Origin: an uncultured Chryseobacterium sp.
GTDB taxonomy: Bacteria > Bacteroidota > Bacteroidia > UBA10329
DNA length: 32,000 bases
Assembly (NCBI GenBank): GCA_964500205.1
Contig: CAZCNS010000016.1
Span: 6,665 to 38,664, forward strand
Direction: 5' to 3'
The first letter of the stretch is position 1. Each line of letters opens with the position of its first letter. A program made the translations under genes and the position numbers. Of this stretch, positions 7,743 through 17,477 are shown in pieces. The notes below the pieces were generated by a model. The model saw only the letters and a program-made list of their open reading frames with translations, searched no databases and was not told the DNA's origin.

Positions 7743-8447
7743 TCACCTCACGGACAGCCTGCCTCGGTACACCTCACCGGAGGAGCACTGCACAGTCACG
7801 GTGTACAATCCCGAGGGCAGCATCCGGATGCTCAGCAACTCCTGCCGCCCGGCCACCAGCACCACACGACCCAGCGCATCGATCACCTCCGCGTGCGCCA
7901 GCTCCTCATGAACAGGAAGAGCCAGCCTTACCTCATCTTGTGCGGGATTGGGGTACATCGTCAACGGCCTGACAGTAACTTTCTCCCTGTCCTGAACACT
8001 CAACGGTTCCACCAGATAAAAAGATGTGGTGAAGAACTTGGTCACCTCTTGGGCAGGTTCAGCAGGCCCAGCCGCGATCTTGGGCCAGACCACCACCACG
8101 TTATCGCCTATCACCATGGCATTGTTGTCTTCAGTGGTGAACTGATGCGTCACAAAGACCTGGGTCTGCGACTGCGGGGCGAGAAACCCGTTCCCAAGCG
8201 CAGCGGAATCGGCCATGAGGCTATCCGAAGTGCCCGGAAACTCAAGGATGACATCAACTCCGCCCTGAAAAACCAATGTGCTCTGATTGGTCAGAAACAT
8301 GGTGAATGACACCACCTGCCCATTGACAATAGTGTCGGGGATGCCGACCACTGAATCGACACTCAGGAAATAGGTCTGCGACCATGCGCTGGTGACATTG
8401 ACCCCCAATGCCAGCACCAATATCAGCTTAAGAAGTGTGCTTCTCAT
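7743..8447 (-). CDS. Small secreted protein with a T9SS C-terminal sorting domain
   Basis: The signal peptide MRSTLLKLILVLALGVNVTSAWSQ starts at ATG 8447. The CTD is MYPNPAQDEVRLALP...GLYTVTVQCSSGEVYRGRLSVR. The 8726 extension of the ORF track lacks a signal peptide and overlaps the divergent promoter region. Confidence 0.75.
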   Translation of the reverse strand: MRSTLLKLILVLALGVNVTSAWSQTYFLSVDSVVGIPDTIVNGQVVSFTMFLTNQSTLVFQGGVDVILEFPGTSDSLMADSAALGNGFLAPQSQTQVFVTHQFTTEDNNAMVIGDNVVVVWPKIAAGPAEPAQEVTKFFTTSFYLVEPLSVQDREKVTVRPLTMYPNPAQDEVRLALPVHEELAHAEVIDALGRVVLVAGRQELLSIRMLPSGLYTVTVQCSSGEVYRGRLSVR

Positions 8448-8462
8448 CTTTTTCGTTTTGGT

Positions 8463-8470
8463 CAAAGGTA
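8463..8470 (-). promoter_or_regulatory. -7 promoter box (TACCTTTG) for the 7743-8447 gene
   Basis: The minus strand reads tacctttg, 15 nt upstream of ATG 8447. Confidence 0.4.
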
Positions 8471-8535
8471 TAATGGCCGAAATGCTGTCGAACAACGTAC
8501 TTTTCCGAAATCTTACGCGTTCAACCAACACAACA

Positions 8536-9996
8536 ATGGATATCGTTGAGCAGATGATCGCCCGCATGGGTAAGGATGAGCTGCGGTTTTTCCGGATGTA
8601 CGCCTCGCGTATGGAGGTGAAGGGCCCTCGCAAGGACATGCAGCTTTTCGACCGCATCCGGACAGAAGGGACAGCATTCAGTGACGAGACCGCCTCCGAT
8701 GAACTGTACACGGACGGGAATCGCAACGCGTATTATCGACTCAAGAACCGCCTCAAGACGGAGCTTGCAAAAAGTCTGCTGCTCCAACACATCGAAAGTG
8801 AGGAAACCTCACAGGTGCTTCACCTGCTTCTGCTGGCAAGGCATTACCAGTCAAGGAATGCCTACGCACTTGCCGAGCATTTCCTCAATAAAGCAGAACG
8901 AAGGGCGGGTGCGGCAGAGAGCCATGAACTGCTCGACCTGATCTACACCGAGTTCATCCGTCTCTCTCAGGAAGTGGTGACCATCGACCCCGAGACCTAC
9001 ATCGCAAAGCGCAGGGAGAATTCGGCACAGTTGCACATGCTTCGGCAAATGGACGAGATACTGGCCACGGTGAAATACCGGCTCAAAGTGACCCAGAACT
9101 TTTCTCCGGTGAACAATCCTGTGATCGACATGCTGCTCGAAACCGTACAACGATTGTCGTCCGATGAGCGGGTAAGGCATGGAACACAGCTACGATTCAA
9201 GATGTACCATGCGGTAAGTCAGATTCTCCTGCAGCAGCACGATTATCCCAACCTGGAGGACTTTCTGCTGAAGACCTTCTCGCAGTTTGAGGAAGAGCGG
9301 CTATTCAACCGCGCCAACCACCAGACCAAGCTTCAAATGTTGACGTACATCGTCAATGCCCTGTTCAAGAACGGCAAAACGGCACAATCGCTCGAGTGGG
9401 CCGAACGACTCCATGATGCCATGAACGAGCACGATCGGCTGCTCTACGACCGATTCCTTTTCTTCTACTACAACTCACTGGTCATCAATTACACCAAGAC
9501 CGATCTTGATCGCGCCATCGCGCTGCTGCTCGACCTGGAAAATCACCCTAAACTCCGAGACACGCAGTACTACCTCATTTTCGTGCATCTGAACCTGTCC
9601 ATCTTCTTTTTTCAGAAAGGAGATCACAGGCAAGCAATACGAAGACTCAATCAGCTGTATCACCACGAACGATTCGCGCTCACAGCAACACCACTGAGAT
9701 TACGCATCGCAATGTTCGAACTGATGGTGCGCACCGAGCTCGGTGACATGGATGTAGTCGAACAGCGTTTGAAGCAAGTGAGACAGACTTTTGCGGAGCA
9801 ATTGAAACAAGGGGAAAACAGACGCGAGGCCGAACTTCTCACCATTATTGAAAAGTTGTTCTTGAAAGGCATATCTCCACGGGAGCGTGAGATGGCGGCA
9901 CTTCTGAAAGCTTTCACAACCAGCACCAGTCCTGAGGAGCAGGACGCGGAACTTTTGAACTACAACGGGTGGTTGGTCAGCAAAGTGAAAGTCTGA
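8536..9996 (+). CDS. Hypothetical all-alpha, TPR-like helical-repeat protein
   Basis: This is a long ORF with normal composition. I recognised no catalytic motif and no signal peptide or transmembrane segment. The start is uncertain: ATG 8536 is preferred, with in-frame alternatives at 8473 and 8392. Confidence 0.6.
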   Translation: MDIVEQMIARMGKDELRFFRMYASRMEVKGPRKDMQLFDRIRTEGTAFSDETASDELYTDGNRNAYYRLKNRLKTELAKSLLLQHIESEETSQVLHLLLLARHYQSRNAYALAEHFLNKAERRAGAAESHELLDLIYTEFIRLSQEVVTIDPETYIAKRRENSAQLHMLRQMDEILATVKYRLKVTQNFSPVNNPVIDMLLETVQRLSSDERVRHGTQLRFKMYHAVSQILLQQHDYPNLEDFLLKTFSQFEEERLFNRANHQTKLQMLTYIVNALFKNGKTAQSLEWAERLHDAMNEHDRLLYDRFLFFYYNSLVINYTKTDLDRAIALLLDLENHPKLRDTQYYLIFVHLNLSIFFFQKGDHRQAIRRLNQLYHHERFALTATPLRLRIAMFELMVRTELGDMDVVEQRLKQVRQTFAEQLKQGENRREAELLTIIEKLFLKGISPREREMAALLKAFTTSTSPEEQDAELLNYNGWLVSKVKV

Positions 9997-10079
9997 ACAG
10001 GACCGACATACTATGAACAACCCGCCACATCTTCTTAACAATTGCGAGAGCAGAGATCAACCACCGCTGCACGGTCATT

Positions 10080-10087
10080 TACCTTTG
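10080..10087 (+). promoter_or_regulatory. -7 promoter box (TACCTTTG) for purQ
   Basis: tacctttg matches TAnnTTTG and lies 17 nt upstream of ATG 10105. Confidence 0.45.
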
Positions 10088-10104
10088 CCACAAACAGAAA
10101 GAAG

Positions 10105-10797
10105 ATGAAATTCGGTGTAGTGGTTTTTCCCGGTTCTAACTGCGATCAGGACATGATCTATGTGCTTCGCGACATCATGGGTCAAGAAGTTGTGGAACTC
10201 TGGCACAAGGACCACGACCTTCAGGGCTGCGACATGGTGGTGCTGCCGGGCGGGTTCTCCTATGGTGACTACCTGAGGTCGGGAGCCATAGCCCGTTTCT
10301 CACCCATCATGACCGAGGTGATTACCCATGCCGGACGAGGTGGCTACGTCTTTGGCGTCTGCAACGGGTTTCAGGTACTGTGCGAGGCTGGTCTCGTGCC
10401 AGGCGCACTGCTGCATAACGACACTCAGAAATTCATCTGCCGCAATGTGACCATCCGTTGTGAGACCTCGAAATCGCTGATTACGCAAGGGATAGAACCG
10501 GGGGCTGTGCTCACGGTTCCGATAGCACACGGTGAGGGTCGCTATTTCGCTGACCCGGATACGTTGTCCGAATTGCAGGCGAACGACCAAGTACTTTTCC
10601 GTTACTGTGACCCTACTGGCAAGCTGTCTGACGAATCGAATCCCAACGGGTCTGTTACATCCATAGCCGGAGTTTGCAACAAAGGGCGCAACGTTTTCGG
10701 AATGATGCCTCATCCCGAGAGAGCCTCCGATGCCGACCTTGGCAACACCTCTGGCAAGGCCATCTTCGAGTCGATGCTCGGGGCGGTGCTGGCCTGA
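10105..10797 (+). CDS. purQ: Phosphoribosylformylglycinamidine synthase subunit PurQ (glutaminase)
   Basis: MKFGVVVFPGSNCDQD, GGFSYGDYLR, the nucleophile elbow GVCNGFQVL and HGEGRY are all present. The 10042 extension is not PurQ-like. Confidence 0.92.
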   Translation: MKFGVVVFPGSNCDQDMIYVLRDIMGQEVVELWHKDHDLQGCDMVVLPGGFSYGDYLRSGAIARFSPIMTEVITHAGRGGYVFGVCNGFQVLCEAGLVPGALLHNDTQKFICRNVTIRCETSKSLITQGIEPGAVLTVPIAHGEGRYFADPDTLSELQANDQVLFRYCDPTGKLSDESNPNGSVTSIAGVCNKGRNVFGMMPHPERASDADLGNTSGKAIFESMLGAVLA

Positions 10798-10835
10798 GTG
10801 GCCTTTTTTAATTTCTCAAATGGTGTAAATGCAAC

Positions 10836-10868
10836 GCGCCAGTGTCGGGACAACCCTGACACTGGCGC
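10836..10868. terminator. Perfect 11-bp stem hairpin between convergent purQ and the CBS gene (candidate bidirectional terminator)
   Basis: gcgccagtgtc-gggacaaccct-gacactggcgc. It is followed by tt on the plus strand. A second 7-bp hairpin, tcacgct/agcgtga, lies at 10876-10900. Confidence 0.55.
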
Positions 10869-10910
10869 TTACCATTCACGCTAAACCCCCTAAAGCGTGA
10901 GGTATGTTGC

Positions 10911-11330
10911 TCAGTACTGTTCGAGCAGGTACTTGATCAGGTCTGTTGTGGTGACGATGCCCACCAGCTTGTCACCCTCGGTCACTGGCAGTGCGTGAAA
11001 CTCACGTGTGGCAAGTATCTCGGCAACCTCTTTAATGGAGAGCTCTGCAGCCACTGCGACCGGCTTGGATACCATTACCTGCTCCACAGAAAGCATGTTG
11101 TACACAGCTGTGTCAACAGTACCCTCATCATCACCATAGTTATCTACAAAGCTGATGCGTAGCAGATCGGTCAGACTCAACATTCCGATGAGCTTCTCAC
11201 CGCTCACCACAGGGATATGACGAATCTTGTGCTTGTTGAACAAAGCCTCTGCCTCGCTGAGGGAGTTCGTGAGGTTGATGGTGACCACCTGAGCGGTCAT
11301 GATCTTACTTACCGGTTCTCTTTTTTTCAT
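10911..11330 (-). CDS. CBS-domain pair protein
   Basis: The 139-aa product has two CBS repeats (IRHIPVV.GEKLIGMLSLTDL and FHALPVTEGDKLVGIVTTTDL). Confidence 0.85.
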   Translation of the reverse strand: MKKREPVSKIMTAQVVTINLTNSLSEAEALFNKHKIRHIPVVSGEKLIGMLSLTDLLRISFVDNYGDDEGTVDTAVYNMLSVEQVMVSKPVAVAAELSIKEVAEILATREFHALPVTEGDKLVGIVTTTDLIKYLLEQY

Positions 11331-11431
11331 GATGTTGTTGTTTTGCTATGACGCAAAGGAGCATCTGCACAACAACACAGGAGCAGACTTAAATCATACG
11401 GAAAGCTGATCTTCGACAGTTTTTCACCGTC

Positions 11432-13504
11432 TTACTTCCCAACGAGGAGCCTACGAACCTCACGGTGCGAGGAGGTCTGAACCACCACAAGGTAAACCCC
11501 TGAGGCTCCAAGCGCGGAAACGTCCACACGGAAGTTGTGGTCACCGGGAGCCAGCGACCCCTTGTGCAGCGATGCCACCTCGCGGCCCATGATGTCCATC
11601 ACAGCGATGGAAGTCGGCTCTGCGGTGAAGGTGGTCATTCGCAGGTCAGCAAAGTCCGTTGCAGGATTAGGTGCGAGGGTCAAGTCGGGTGCATTGATGG
11701 CACGGTCACCGATAGACAGAGGGCCCGATATGCGGATGTCGTCCACATAAATGTTATTCCCCTCATCGCTTCTGCTCTGGAATTTGACCAACATGTGCTC
11801 AGCACTGGCGAAATTCGAGAGATTGACCTCCTCTTCCTTCCATTGCTCCTGTCCTGAGGGCGTGAAGGGGCTTCCTTGGTTACCCGACACAGATGAAAGG
11901 TTACTTCCGGACCTGTTATATCGCATGGACCAGGTCTGTCCACAGTTGGTGCTTATAAACACACGGAGTTGATCGCTTTGACCACTCTTGGTGCGGTACG
12001 CCAGCTTGAAGAACAGCCTCGGATTGTTGATGTTGCGCATGTCCACCGATGGTAGCACGAATTCATCCACACTGCCCGCAGGGTTGCCGGAATGGTTGTT
12101 GATGAAAATGGAATGGTCACCTGTGTAGCCCACGTTTGTACGCTCCCATCGGTTGCCGAAATCGCTGAGGGTGAAGAACTGCTCATCTGCACTCTCAAAG
12201 TCCTCTTGCAGGTAGTAACTCTGCACTTCGGCCGTGGCAGGAAGCACCCGGATATACTCGGTCTTGGAATGCGTGTCGCTGCCCTGTGCATTACCAGCAG
12301 TGAGGGTTACAGCATATACACCCGGAGTGTTGTAGGTCACCTGAGGGTTAGCGGCAGAGGATGCAGCTGGCGATCCTCCCGGAAATTCCCAAGAACGGGT
12401 TGTCACCGTGCCATTGTACGAATCATCGGTGAACATGACCTGCTCGCCTGTACAAACCAAGTTACTATTGGCGTAGAACATGGCCTTGGGTGCGCAGTTT
12501 GATGGAGTGGGATCATTCACACCAGTGAACTGCAAGTTGGCTGCTGAATGAATCTGAGAACGCGAACCCGCTAAAACCCCATCCATCCTGGCCTTCTGAC
12601 CTAAGGTGAAAGTGTTCATACATGAGCCGTTGGCATAGTCCATGTAATTTTCAATCATATCGGGAAGGTCCGGAGAGTCGTTGGTGCAACTATTGGCATT
12701 CTGACTACAAGAGTAATTGGCCTCAGCCACAGGCGGTGTATCCTCAATGTTCTCTCCAAAGAAACCGCCACCGCATCCACCTTGAAAGGTATGCAGCAAT
12801 CCAAGCCAATGACCGATCTCGTGGGTCAGTGTGCGACCACGGTCTCCGGGCACTGCATAGCCGATGCTACCGATACGGTCTGCACGGACCACAACACCAT
12901 CCGTTGCCGCGCTACCAAAGTTGGGAAACTGCGCGTAGCCGAGTATAATGCCAGGCTGATCATCGCTTGCCGCAATAGTGTTCACCACCCAGACGTTGAG
13001 GTAGCGACTGCTGTTCCAATAACTGAGTGCTTTCACAGCATCATCAGCATTGTTGGTCAATGGAGAAAACACCCGGTTGATCCCCTCCGTGCAATTCCCA
13101 TCAGGGTCCTTTTTAGCCAGTCTGAACTCCACAAGCGCATCTGTGGCCACAGGTTTGAAGATATCGCGCGTATTGACGGTATCAGCATTGAGCCTGCGAT
13201 AATCCTCGTTGATGATGCGCATCTGATCCTCAATCTGCTCCTTGCTGATATTCTCAGGACCACCAGTGTGGATGACATGGAAAACCACCGGAATGATGCG
13301 AGGTTCACCATTGCGCTGAGTCTCCCCAGCCTCCAGCTCAGCAGAAAACCGCACGAGGTCATCGTACGTCTGGGCGAGTGAAGGGTCTCTATCCAGCGCA
13401 GCCTGCATGTGCTGGTCCGAGCCGCACCAATGATTGTGCTGGGCGGAGGCCAGAGAAATGGTCAAAGAGATAGGGAGAAAAAGAAGGTACTTGATCGGAT
13501 TCAT
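11432..13504 (-). CDS. Secreted M43-family (pappalysin/cytophagalysin-like) zinc metalloprotease with a PKD domain and a T9SS C-terminal domain
   Basis: The signal peptide MNPIKYLLFLPISLTISLASAQ starts at ATG 13504. The zinc motif is HEIGHWLGLLHTF, with ENYMDY downstream. A PKD-like block is FTDDS..WEFPGG...PGVYAVTLTAGNAQG. The CTD is LAPNPATDFADLRM...GVYLVVVQTSSHREVRRLLVGK. Confidence 0.88.
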   Translation of the reverse strand: MNPIKYLLFLPISLTISLASAQHNHWCGSDQHMQAALDRDPSLAQTYDDLVRFSAELEAGETQRNGEPRIIPVVFHVIHTGGPENISKEQIEDQMRIINEDYRRLNADTVNTRDIFKPVATDALVEFRLAKKDPDGNCTEGINRVFSPLTNNADDAVKALSYWNSSRYLNVWVVNTIAASDDQPGIILGYAQFPNFGSAATDGVVVRADRIGSIGYAVPGDRGRTLTHEIGHWLGLLHTFQGGCGGGFFGENIEDTPPVAEANYSCSQNANSCTNDSPDLPDMIENYMDYANGSCMNTFTLGQKARMDGVLAGSRSQIHSAANLQFTGVNDPTPSNCAPKAMFYANSNLVCTGEQVMFTDDSYNGTVTTRSWEFPGGSPAASSAANPQVTYNTPGVYAVTLTAGNAQGSDTHSKTEYIRVLPATAEVQSYYLQEDFESADEQFFTLSDFGNRWERTNVGYTGDHSIFINNHSGNPAGSVDEFVLPSVDMRNINNPRLFFKLAYRTKSGQSDQLRVFISTNCGQTWSMRYNRSGSNLSSVSGNQGSPFTPSGQEQWKEEEVNLSNFASAEHMLVKFQSRSDEGNNIYVDDIRISGPLSIGDRAINAPDLTLAPNPATDFADLRMTTFTAEPTSIAVMDIMGREVASLHKGSLAPGDHNFRVDVSALGASGVYLVVVQTSSHREVRRLLVGK

Positions 13505-13625
13505 GAGATGGTTGAAAAGAGTAACAGGGGCACAAGGTAAGACTTGTATCAATGACTAATTGTGACACAGCACACCTTTCAGCATTCAACGACACAAGAG
13601 CTTACCTTGCGACCGCAGCATCAGA

Positions 13626-14114
13626 ATGGGTACAGCGCCAGAGATAACGGTTTACACGGATGGTTCCGCCCTCGGCAACCCTGGCCCGGGCGGCTACGGC
13701 ATAGTGCTGATGTCCGGGCGTTTCCGTAAGGAAGTAAATGCGGGGTACCGTCTTACCACCAACAATCGCATGGAGCTGTTGAGCGTCATTGTGGCGCTGG
13801 AGATGCTGAAGAATCCAGACTCAGACGTCACCATATACTCCGATTCCAAATATGTGGTGGACTCCATAGATAAACGATGGGTCTTCGGCTGGGCGAAAAA
13901 AGGATTTGCGGGAAAGAAGAACGCAGACCTCTGGCGCAGGTTTCTTGCCATCTACCCCAAGCACCGCGTGCAGCTTGTCTGGGTCAAAGGCCACGCAGAC
14001 AATTTGGAGAACGAGCGCTGCGACAGGCTTGCGGTGGCCGCAGCCCACGATAGGGCAAAACACATGGTGGACGAAGGCTACGAGGCAGCCCGCAATGATG
14101 GTGGCTTGCTTTGA
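13626..14114 (+). CDS. rnhA: Ribonuclease HI
   Basis: VYTDGSALGNPGPGGYG, TNNRMEL, YSDSKYV and KGHA..LENERCDRLA match the RNase H DEDD core. Confidence 0.92.
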   Translation: MGTAPEITVYTDGSALGNPGPGGYGIVLMSGRFRKEVNAGYRLTTNNRMELLSVIVALEMLKNPDSDVTIYSDSKYVVDSIDKRWVFGWAKKGFAGKKNADLWRRFLAIYPKHRVQLVWVKGHADNLENERCDRLAVAAAHDRAKHMVDEGYEAARNDGGLL

Positions 14115-14160
14115 CCATTCCGTTTGTCGGTTAATGCACCCTCGACCAGACTGATAATTC

Positions 14161-14168
14161 TATTTTTG
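14161..14168 (+). promoter_or_regulatory. -7 promoter box (TATTTTTG) for the membrane glycosyltransferase-like gene
   Basis: tatttttg matches TAnnTTTG and lies 21 nt upstream of ATG 14190. Confidence 0.4.
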
Positions 14169-14189
14169 ACGGAGTTCAATCCATGAACC

Positions 14190-15485
14190 ATGCGCGTCCG
14201 CTTCCTTCATACTGAGGCCAAATGGTTGTACGCGCTGTTCGGGGCAGCGATTTGCACATTGCTGGTGCTAATGCCCGATTCGGGTTTCGACAAGTACTAT
14301 TGGATCACTTGGACACAACACATCATCGAGCAGGGGCTGGGAAGCATCTACACCAACCCTGAGGTCAATAATCATCCCCTTATTCTTTATGTGCTCAAGC
14401 TCTTCTCCTTACTTTTTGAAGACGCTGAGTCAGTCACCTACTCTACAGTGAACTGCCTGAAAGCGCTGGTGCTACCGTTCGACCTGCTGACGCTGCTGGC
14501 AGTGGTTCACATCCTCAAACGGACAGGCAGGCCGATATGGGGTGTGCTGGTTTTTTTCCTGAACCCTTCATTCTGGTACAACACGGTGATCTGGGGCCAG
14601 GTGGATACCATCCACACTTTTTTCGTGCTCGGAGCATTGATCTTCGCAGAGCGCGGCCAATGGCGATGGGCAGGCGTCTCCCTGCTCGTAGCCATCAACT
14701 TCAAGCTGCAGGCCATCATCTTCACCCCATTGGTGCTGGTGTTCATCATGCCGTTCATCCGCAAGCGGGGTTGGGCGGCCGCATCTCTTCAGATTTTCAT
14801 TCTGGCGGGAGTGCAGATGCTGGTTTTCATGCCGTTCTGGTTTGTCGGTAAGCTACCGGAGACCCTTGCCGCCCTCAGCATGCGCAGCATAGATCATTTT
14901 CCCGTTCTATCCAGAAATGCCTACAACTTCTGGCATTTCGTGGTGGCCGACCCCTATAACTTCCCCGACAGTAGAACCGTGCTCGGAATACCGCTAAAGG
15001 TGTGGGGACTGGTGCAGTTCTGGTCAGCATCTGCCATGGTGATGATGCCCATGGTACTGGCCGTGGGCAACGGTGCCTTCGACAACCTCAGCAGGGACCA
15101 GCGACTGGGCACCATTTTTCAGGTATCAGCCCTGGTCACCACGGCATTCTTCCTCTTCAACACACAGATGCACGAACGGTACATACACCCTGCCCTGCTC
15201 TTCTCAGGTCTGTTCGCACTGCTCACCGGTCGGGGCATCGTATTCGGCTTGATCACCACTGGTTACCTCCTCAACATGGAGGCCGTGATGCGCTACCTAC
15301 GCTACTTTGATGAGCAATGGTTGGGCTTCAAAATAGATTATGACCGGATATTTCTTTTCGAGCCGAAGCTCATCGCTGGCATCTTCATCTTCGCATTTCT
15401 CTACGGTGCAGTGGAGTTCTACCGCACCTTTTTCTCATTCAAAACGTCCGATATCATAGCTGCCGACAGTGCGCACAGCGGTTGA
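14190..15485 (+). CDS. Polytopic membrane protein, GT-C-fold glycosyltransferase-like (family assignment tentative)
   Basis: Many hydrophobic helices span the 431-aa product. An early loop, DSGFDKYYWITWTQH, resembles the acidic first-loop motif of GT-C enzymes. No closer family could be assigned by eye. Confidence 0.5.
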   Translation: MRVRFLHTEAKWLYALFGAAICTLLVLMPDSGFDKYYWITWTQHIIEQGLGSIYTNPEVNNHPLILYVLKLFSLLFEDAESVTYSTVNCLKALVLPFDLLTLLAVVHILKRTGRPIWGVLVFFLNPSFWYNTVIWGQVDTIHTFFVLGALIFAERGQWRWAGVSLLVAINFKLQAIIFTPLVLVFIMPFIRKRGWAAASLQIFILAGVQMLVFMPFWFVGKLPETLAALSMRSIDHFPVLSRNAYNFWHFVVADPYNFPDSRTVLGIPLKVWGLVQFWSASAMVMMPMVLAVGNGAFDNLSRDQRLGTIFQVSALVTTAFFLFNTQMHERYIHPALLFSGLFALLTGRGIVFGLITTGYLLNMEAVMRYLRYFDEQWLGFKIDYDRIFLFEPKLIAGIFIFAFLYGAVEFYRTFFSFKTSDIIAADSAHSG

Positions 15486-15516
15486 CCACAACCATCACTT
15501 GATGCGCTGTTTGCAC

Positions 15517-15524
15517 TACATTTG
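15517..15524 (+). promoter_or_regulatory. -7 promoter box (TACATTTG) for the response regulator gene
   Basis: tacatttg matches TAnnTTTG and lies 29 nt upstream of GTG 15554. The adjacent direct repeat tttgcact occurs twice. Confidence 0.4.
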
Positions 15525-15553
15525 CACTCAGTTTAGAATCTGTCTAAATAAAG

Positions 15554-16192
15554 GTGGTCGACCGTATCCGAATAGGAATTGCAGATGCTCACTTCGTGGT
15601 GCGCGAAGGCTTCAAGGCCGTTTTGGCGCGCGACCCGGAGTTTGAGGTGGTGGGCGAATGCGTTTCCGGTGACTGCATTCCGAATCTGCTCCGCAAAGGC
15701 GTTGATGTTCTGCTTTTCGACTTCGACACTGAGGGCAGCATCACATTAGATGACCTTGCCAAGGTTCACAGGATCGACCCCAAAGTTCAGGTGATCATGG
15801 TCTCCTCCAATCAGGATCCCACGATGGTCAACCGCACTGTTCGACAGGGCGTCTCCGGCTACCTTTTCAAGGAATGTGACGAAAGCGAGATCATAAACGC
15901 GGTCAAGTTCGCTTGCCGTGGCGACCGCTTTTTCTGTAATCGCGTGCTGGACATCCTGCTTGACAAGAAAAAAGCGGGCGAAGAGAGTGATTGCCTTCCA
16001 ACCCGACTCTCCAAGCGCGAGCTGGAAATCGTAGAGCTGATCACCGAAGGCCTGACTGCAAATGAGATAGCCGATAAGCTCTGTCTATCGGCCCATACGG
16101 TAAGCACCCATCGCAAGAACATCTTCCGCAAGCTGGGCGTACGCTCCACAGCTGAGCTGGTGCGCCATGCCGTGAGTGCGGCACTGGTCTGA
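15554..16192 (+). CDS. NarL/FixJ(LuxR)-family response regulator (receiver plus LuxR-type HTH)
   Basis: The receiver carries a phospho-acceptor context VDVLLFDFD, VIMVSS and the conserved Lys in GYLFKEC. The C-terminal HTH is LSKRELEIVELITEGLTANEIADKLCLSAHTVSTHRKNIFRKLGV. GTG start. Confidence 0.85.
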   Translation: MVDRIRIGIADAHFVVREGFKAVLARDPEFEVVGECVSGDCIPNLLRKGVDVLLFDFDTEGSITLDDLAKVHRIDPKVQVIMVSSNQDPTMVNRTVRQGVSGYLFKECDESEIINAVKFACRGDRFFCNRVLDILLDKKKAGEESDCLPTRLSKRELEIVELITEGLTANEIADKLCLSAHTVSTHRKNIFRKLGVRSTAELVRHAVSAALV

Positions 16193-16204
16193 CCGACCAG
16201 TGCC
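16180..16204. terminator. 10-bp perfect hairpin spanning the response-regulator stop codon, between convergent genes
   Basis: ggcactggtc-tgacc-gaccagtgcc. There is no clear U-tract, so terminator function is tentative. Confidence 0.4.
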
Positions 16205-16214
16205 ACCTTCAATC

Positions 16215-17462
16215 TCAAATTCCGAGCAGCACCTCCTCGGCCGTTTTCCCTCCGAAGAGCATGGACGCGGGGTTCTCCAGCATCTCCTTCACCTTCACAA
16301 GGAAGCTGACGGATTCCTTGCCATCAATGATGCGGTGGTCGTAGCTCAGCGCGAGATACATCATGGGACGGGCCACAATCTGGCCGTTCTCCACCACTGC
16401 GCGCTCCACGATGTTGTGCATACCGAGGATCGCACTCTGAGGCGGATTCAGGATGGGGGTGCTCATCATCGAGCCGAACACGCCACCGTTGGTGATGGTG
16501 AATGTGCCACCCGTCATTTCCTCCACAGAAATCTTGCCGTCACGCACCTTGATTGCCAGGTCTTTGATACCTGACTCTATCTGCGCGAGGCTCATCTGCT
16601 CTGCATTGCGAAGTACGGGCACCATCAGTCCTTTCGGGCCGCTCACCGCCACACCTATATCGCAGTAGTCATGAAAAACAATGTCCTGCCCATCGATCAT
16701 GGCATTAACGGCCGGATAATGATATAGGGCTTCGGTCACGGCCTTGGTGAAGAAGCTCATGAAGCCGACATTCACCCCGTGGGTCTCCGAGAACTTCTGC
16801 TTGTACTTGGTGCGCATATCCATGATGGGCTTCATATTCACCTCGTTGAAGGTGGTGAGCATGGCCGTGTCGTTCTTAACAGAAACGAGACGCTCCGCGA
16901 TCTTGCGTCTGAGCATGCTCATCTTCTCCGAACGGACTTCACGTCCGCCCGCCCAGCTCTGACCTGCATCCCCTAAAGAAAATCCTGATGACATCGCTGT
17001 GAGCACATCGCCCTTGGTGATGCGTCCGTCTTTGCCAGATGCCTTCACCTGACTGGCGGAGACGTTGTTCTCGGCCATCAGCTTCTTGGCTGCGGGCGAA
17101 GGTGTGCCAGCGGCATAGCCTGCTTCCTGCTTCTTCTCGGCCAAGGGCGCGGGCGCAGCCTCTTTCTTGGGTGCAGCTTCAGCTTTCGGGGCTTCTTCCT
17201 TCTTCGGTGCGGGCGCATCGGCTGGGGCCTCTGCACTGGTGTCGATGGTGCAGATGACATCACCCACATTCACCGTTCCTTCCTGCACCTTGATGCTCAC
17301 GATGCCCGCCTGTTCGGCATTGATGGTGAGCGTGGCCTTGTCGGAGTCTATCTCGCAGAGCTCCGCATCCTGCTGTACGTAATCGCCATCGGACACGAGC
17401 CAAGATGCTATCTCAACTTCCGTGATGGATTCTCCTGGACTGGGGACTTTTACTTCAAACAT
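16215..17462 (-). CDS. sucB: 2-oxoglutarate dehydrogenase E2, dihydrolipoyllysine-residue succinyltransferase
   Basis: It has a lipoyl domain ([12 protein letters not shown]), an Ala/Pro/Lys-rich linker and the catalytic motif [11 protein letters not shown]. Confidence 0.93.
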   Translation of the reverse strand: MFEVKVPSPGESITEVEIASWLVSDGDYVQQDAELCEIDSDKATLTINAEQAGIVSIKVQEGTVNVGDVICTIDTSAEAPADAPAPKKEEAPKAEAAPKKEAAPAPLAEKKQEAGYAAGTPSPAAKKLMAENNVSASQVKASGKDGRITKGDVLTAMSSGFSLGDAGQSWAGGREVRSEKMSMLRRKIAERLVSVKNDTAMLTTFNEVNMKPIMDMRTKYKQKFSETHGVNVGFMSFFTKAVTEALYHYPAVNAMIDGQDIVFHDYCDIGVAVSGPKGLMVPVLRNAEQMSLAQIESGIKDLAIKVRDGKISVEEMTGGTFTITNGGVFGSMMSTPILNPPQSAILGMHNIVERAVVENGQIVARPMMYLALSYDHRIIDGKESVSFLVKVKEMLENPASMLFGGKTAEEVLLGI

Positions 17463-17477
17463 GTTGTTGTATGATTT

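Noticed and set aside
6966-8309. Long plus-strand ORFs antisense to real genes: 447 aa here, and also 3580-4488, 5772-6734, 19251-20147, 20256-21194, 22855-23826 and 29342-30457.
   Set aside because: These are shadow ORFs, typical of GC-rich coding DNA. Their translations are Arg/Ala/His/Leu/Gly-rich with no motifs, whereas the opposite strand encodes unmistakable ispG, M16, sucA, epimerase and dnaE products.
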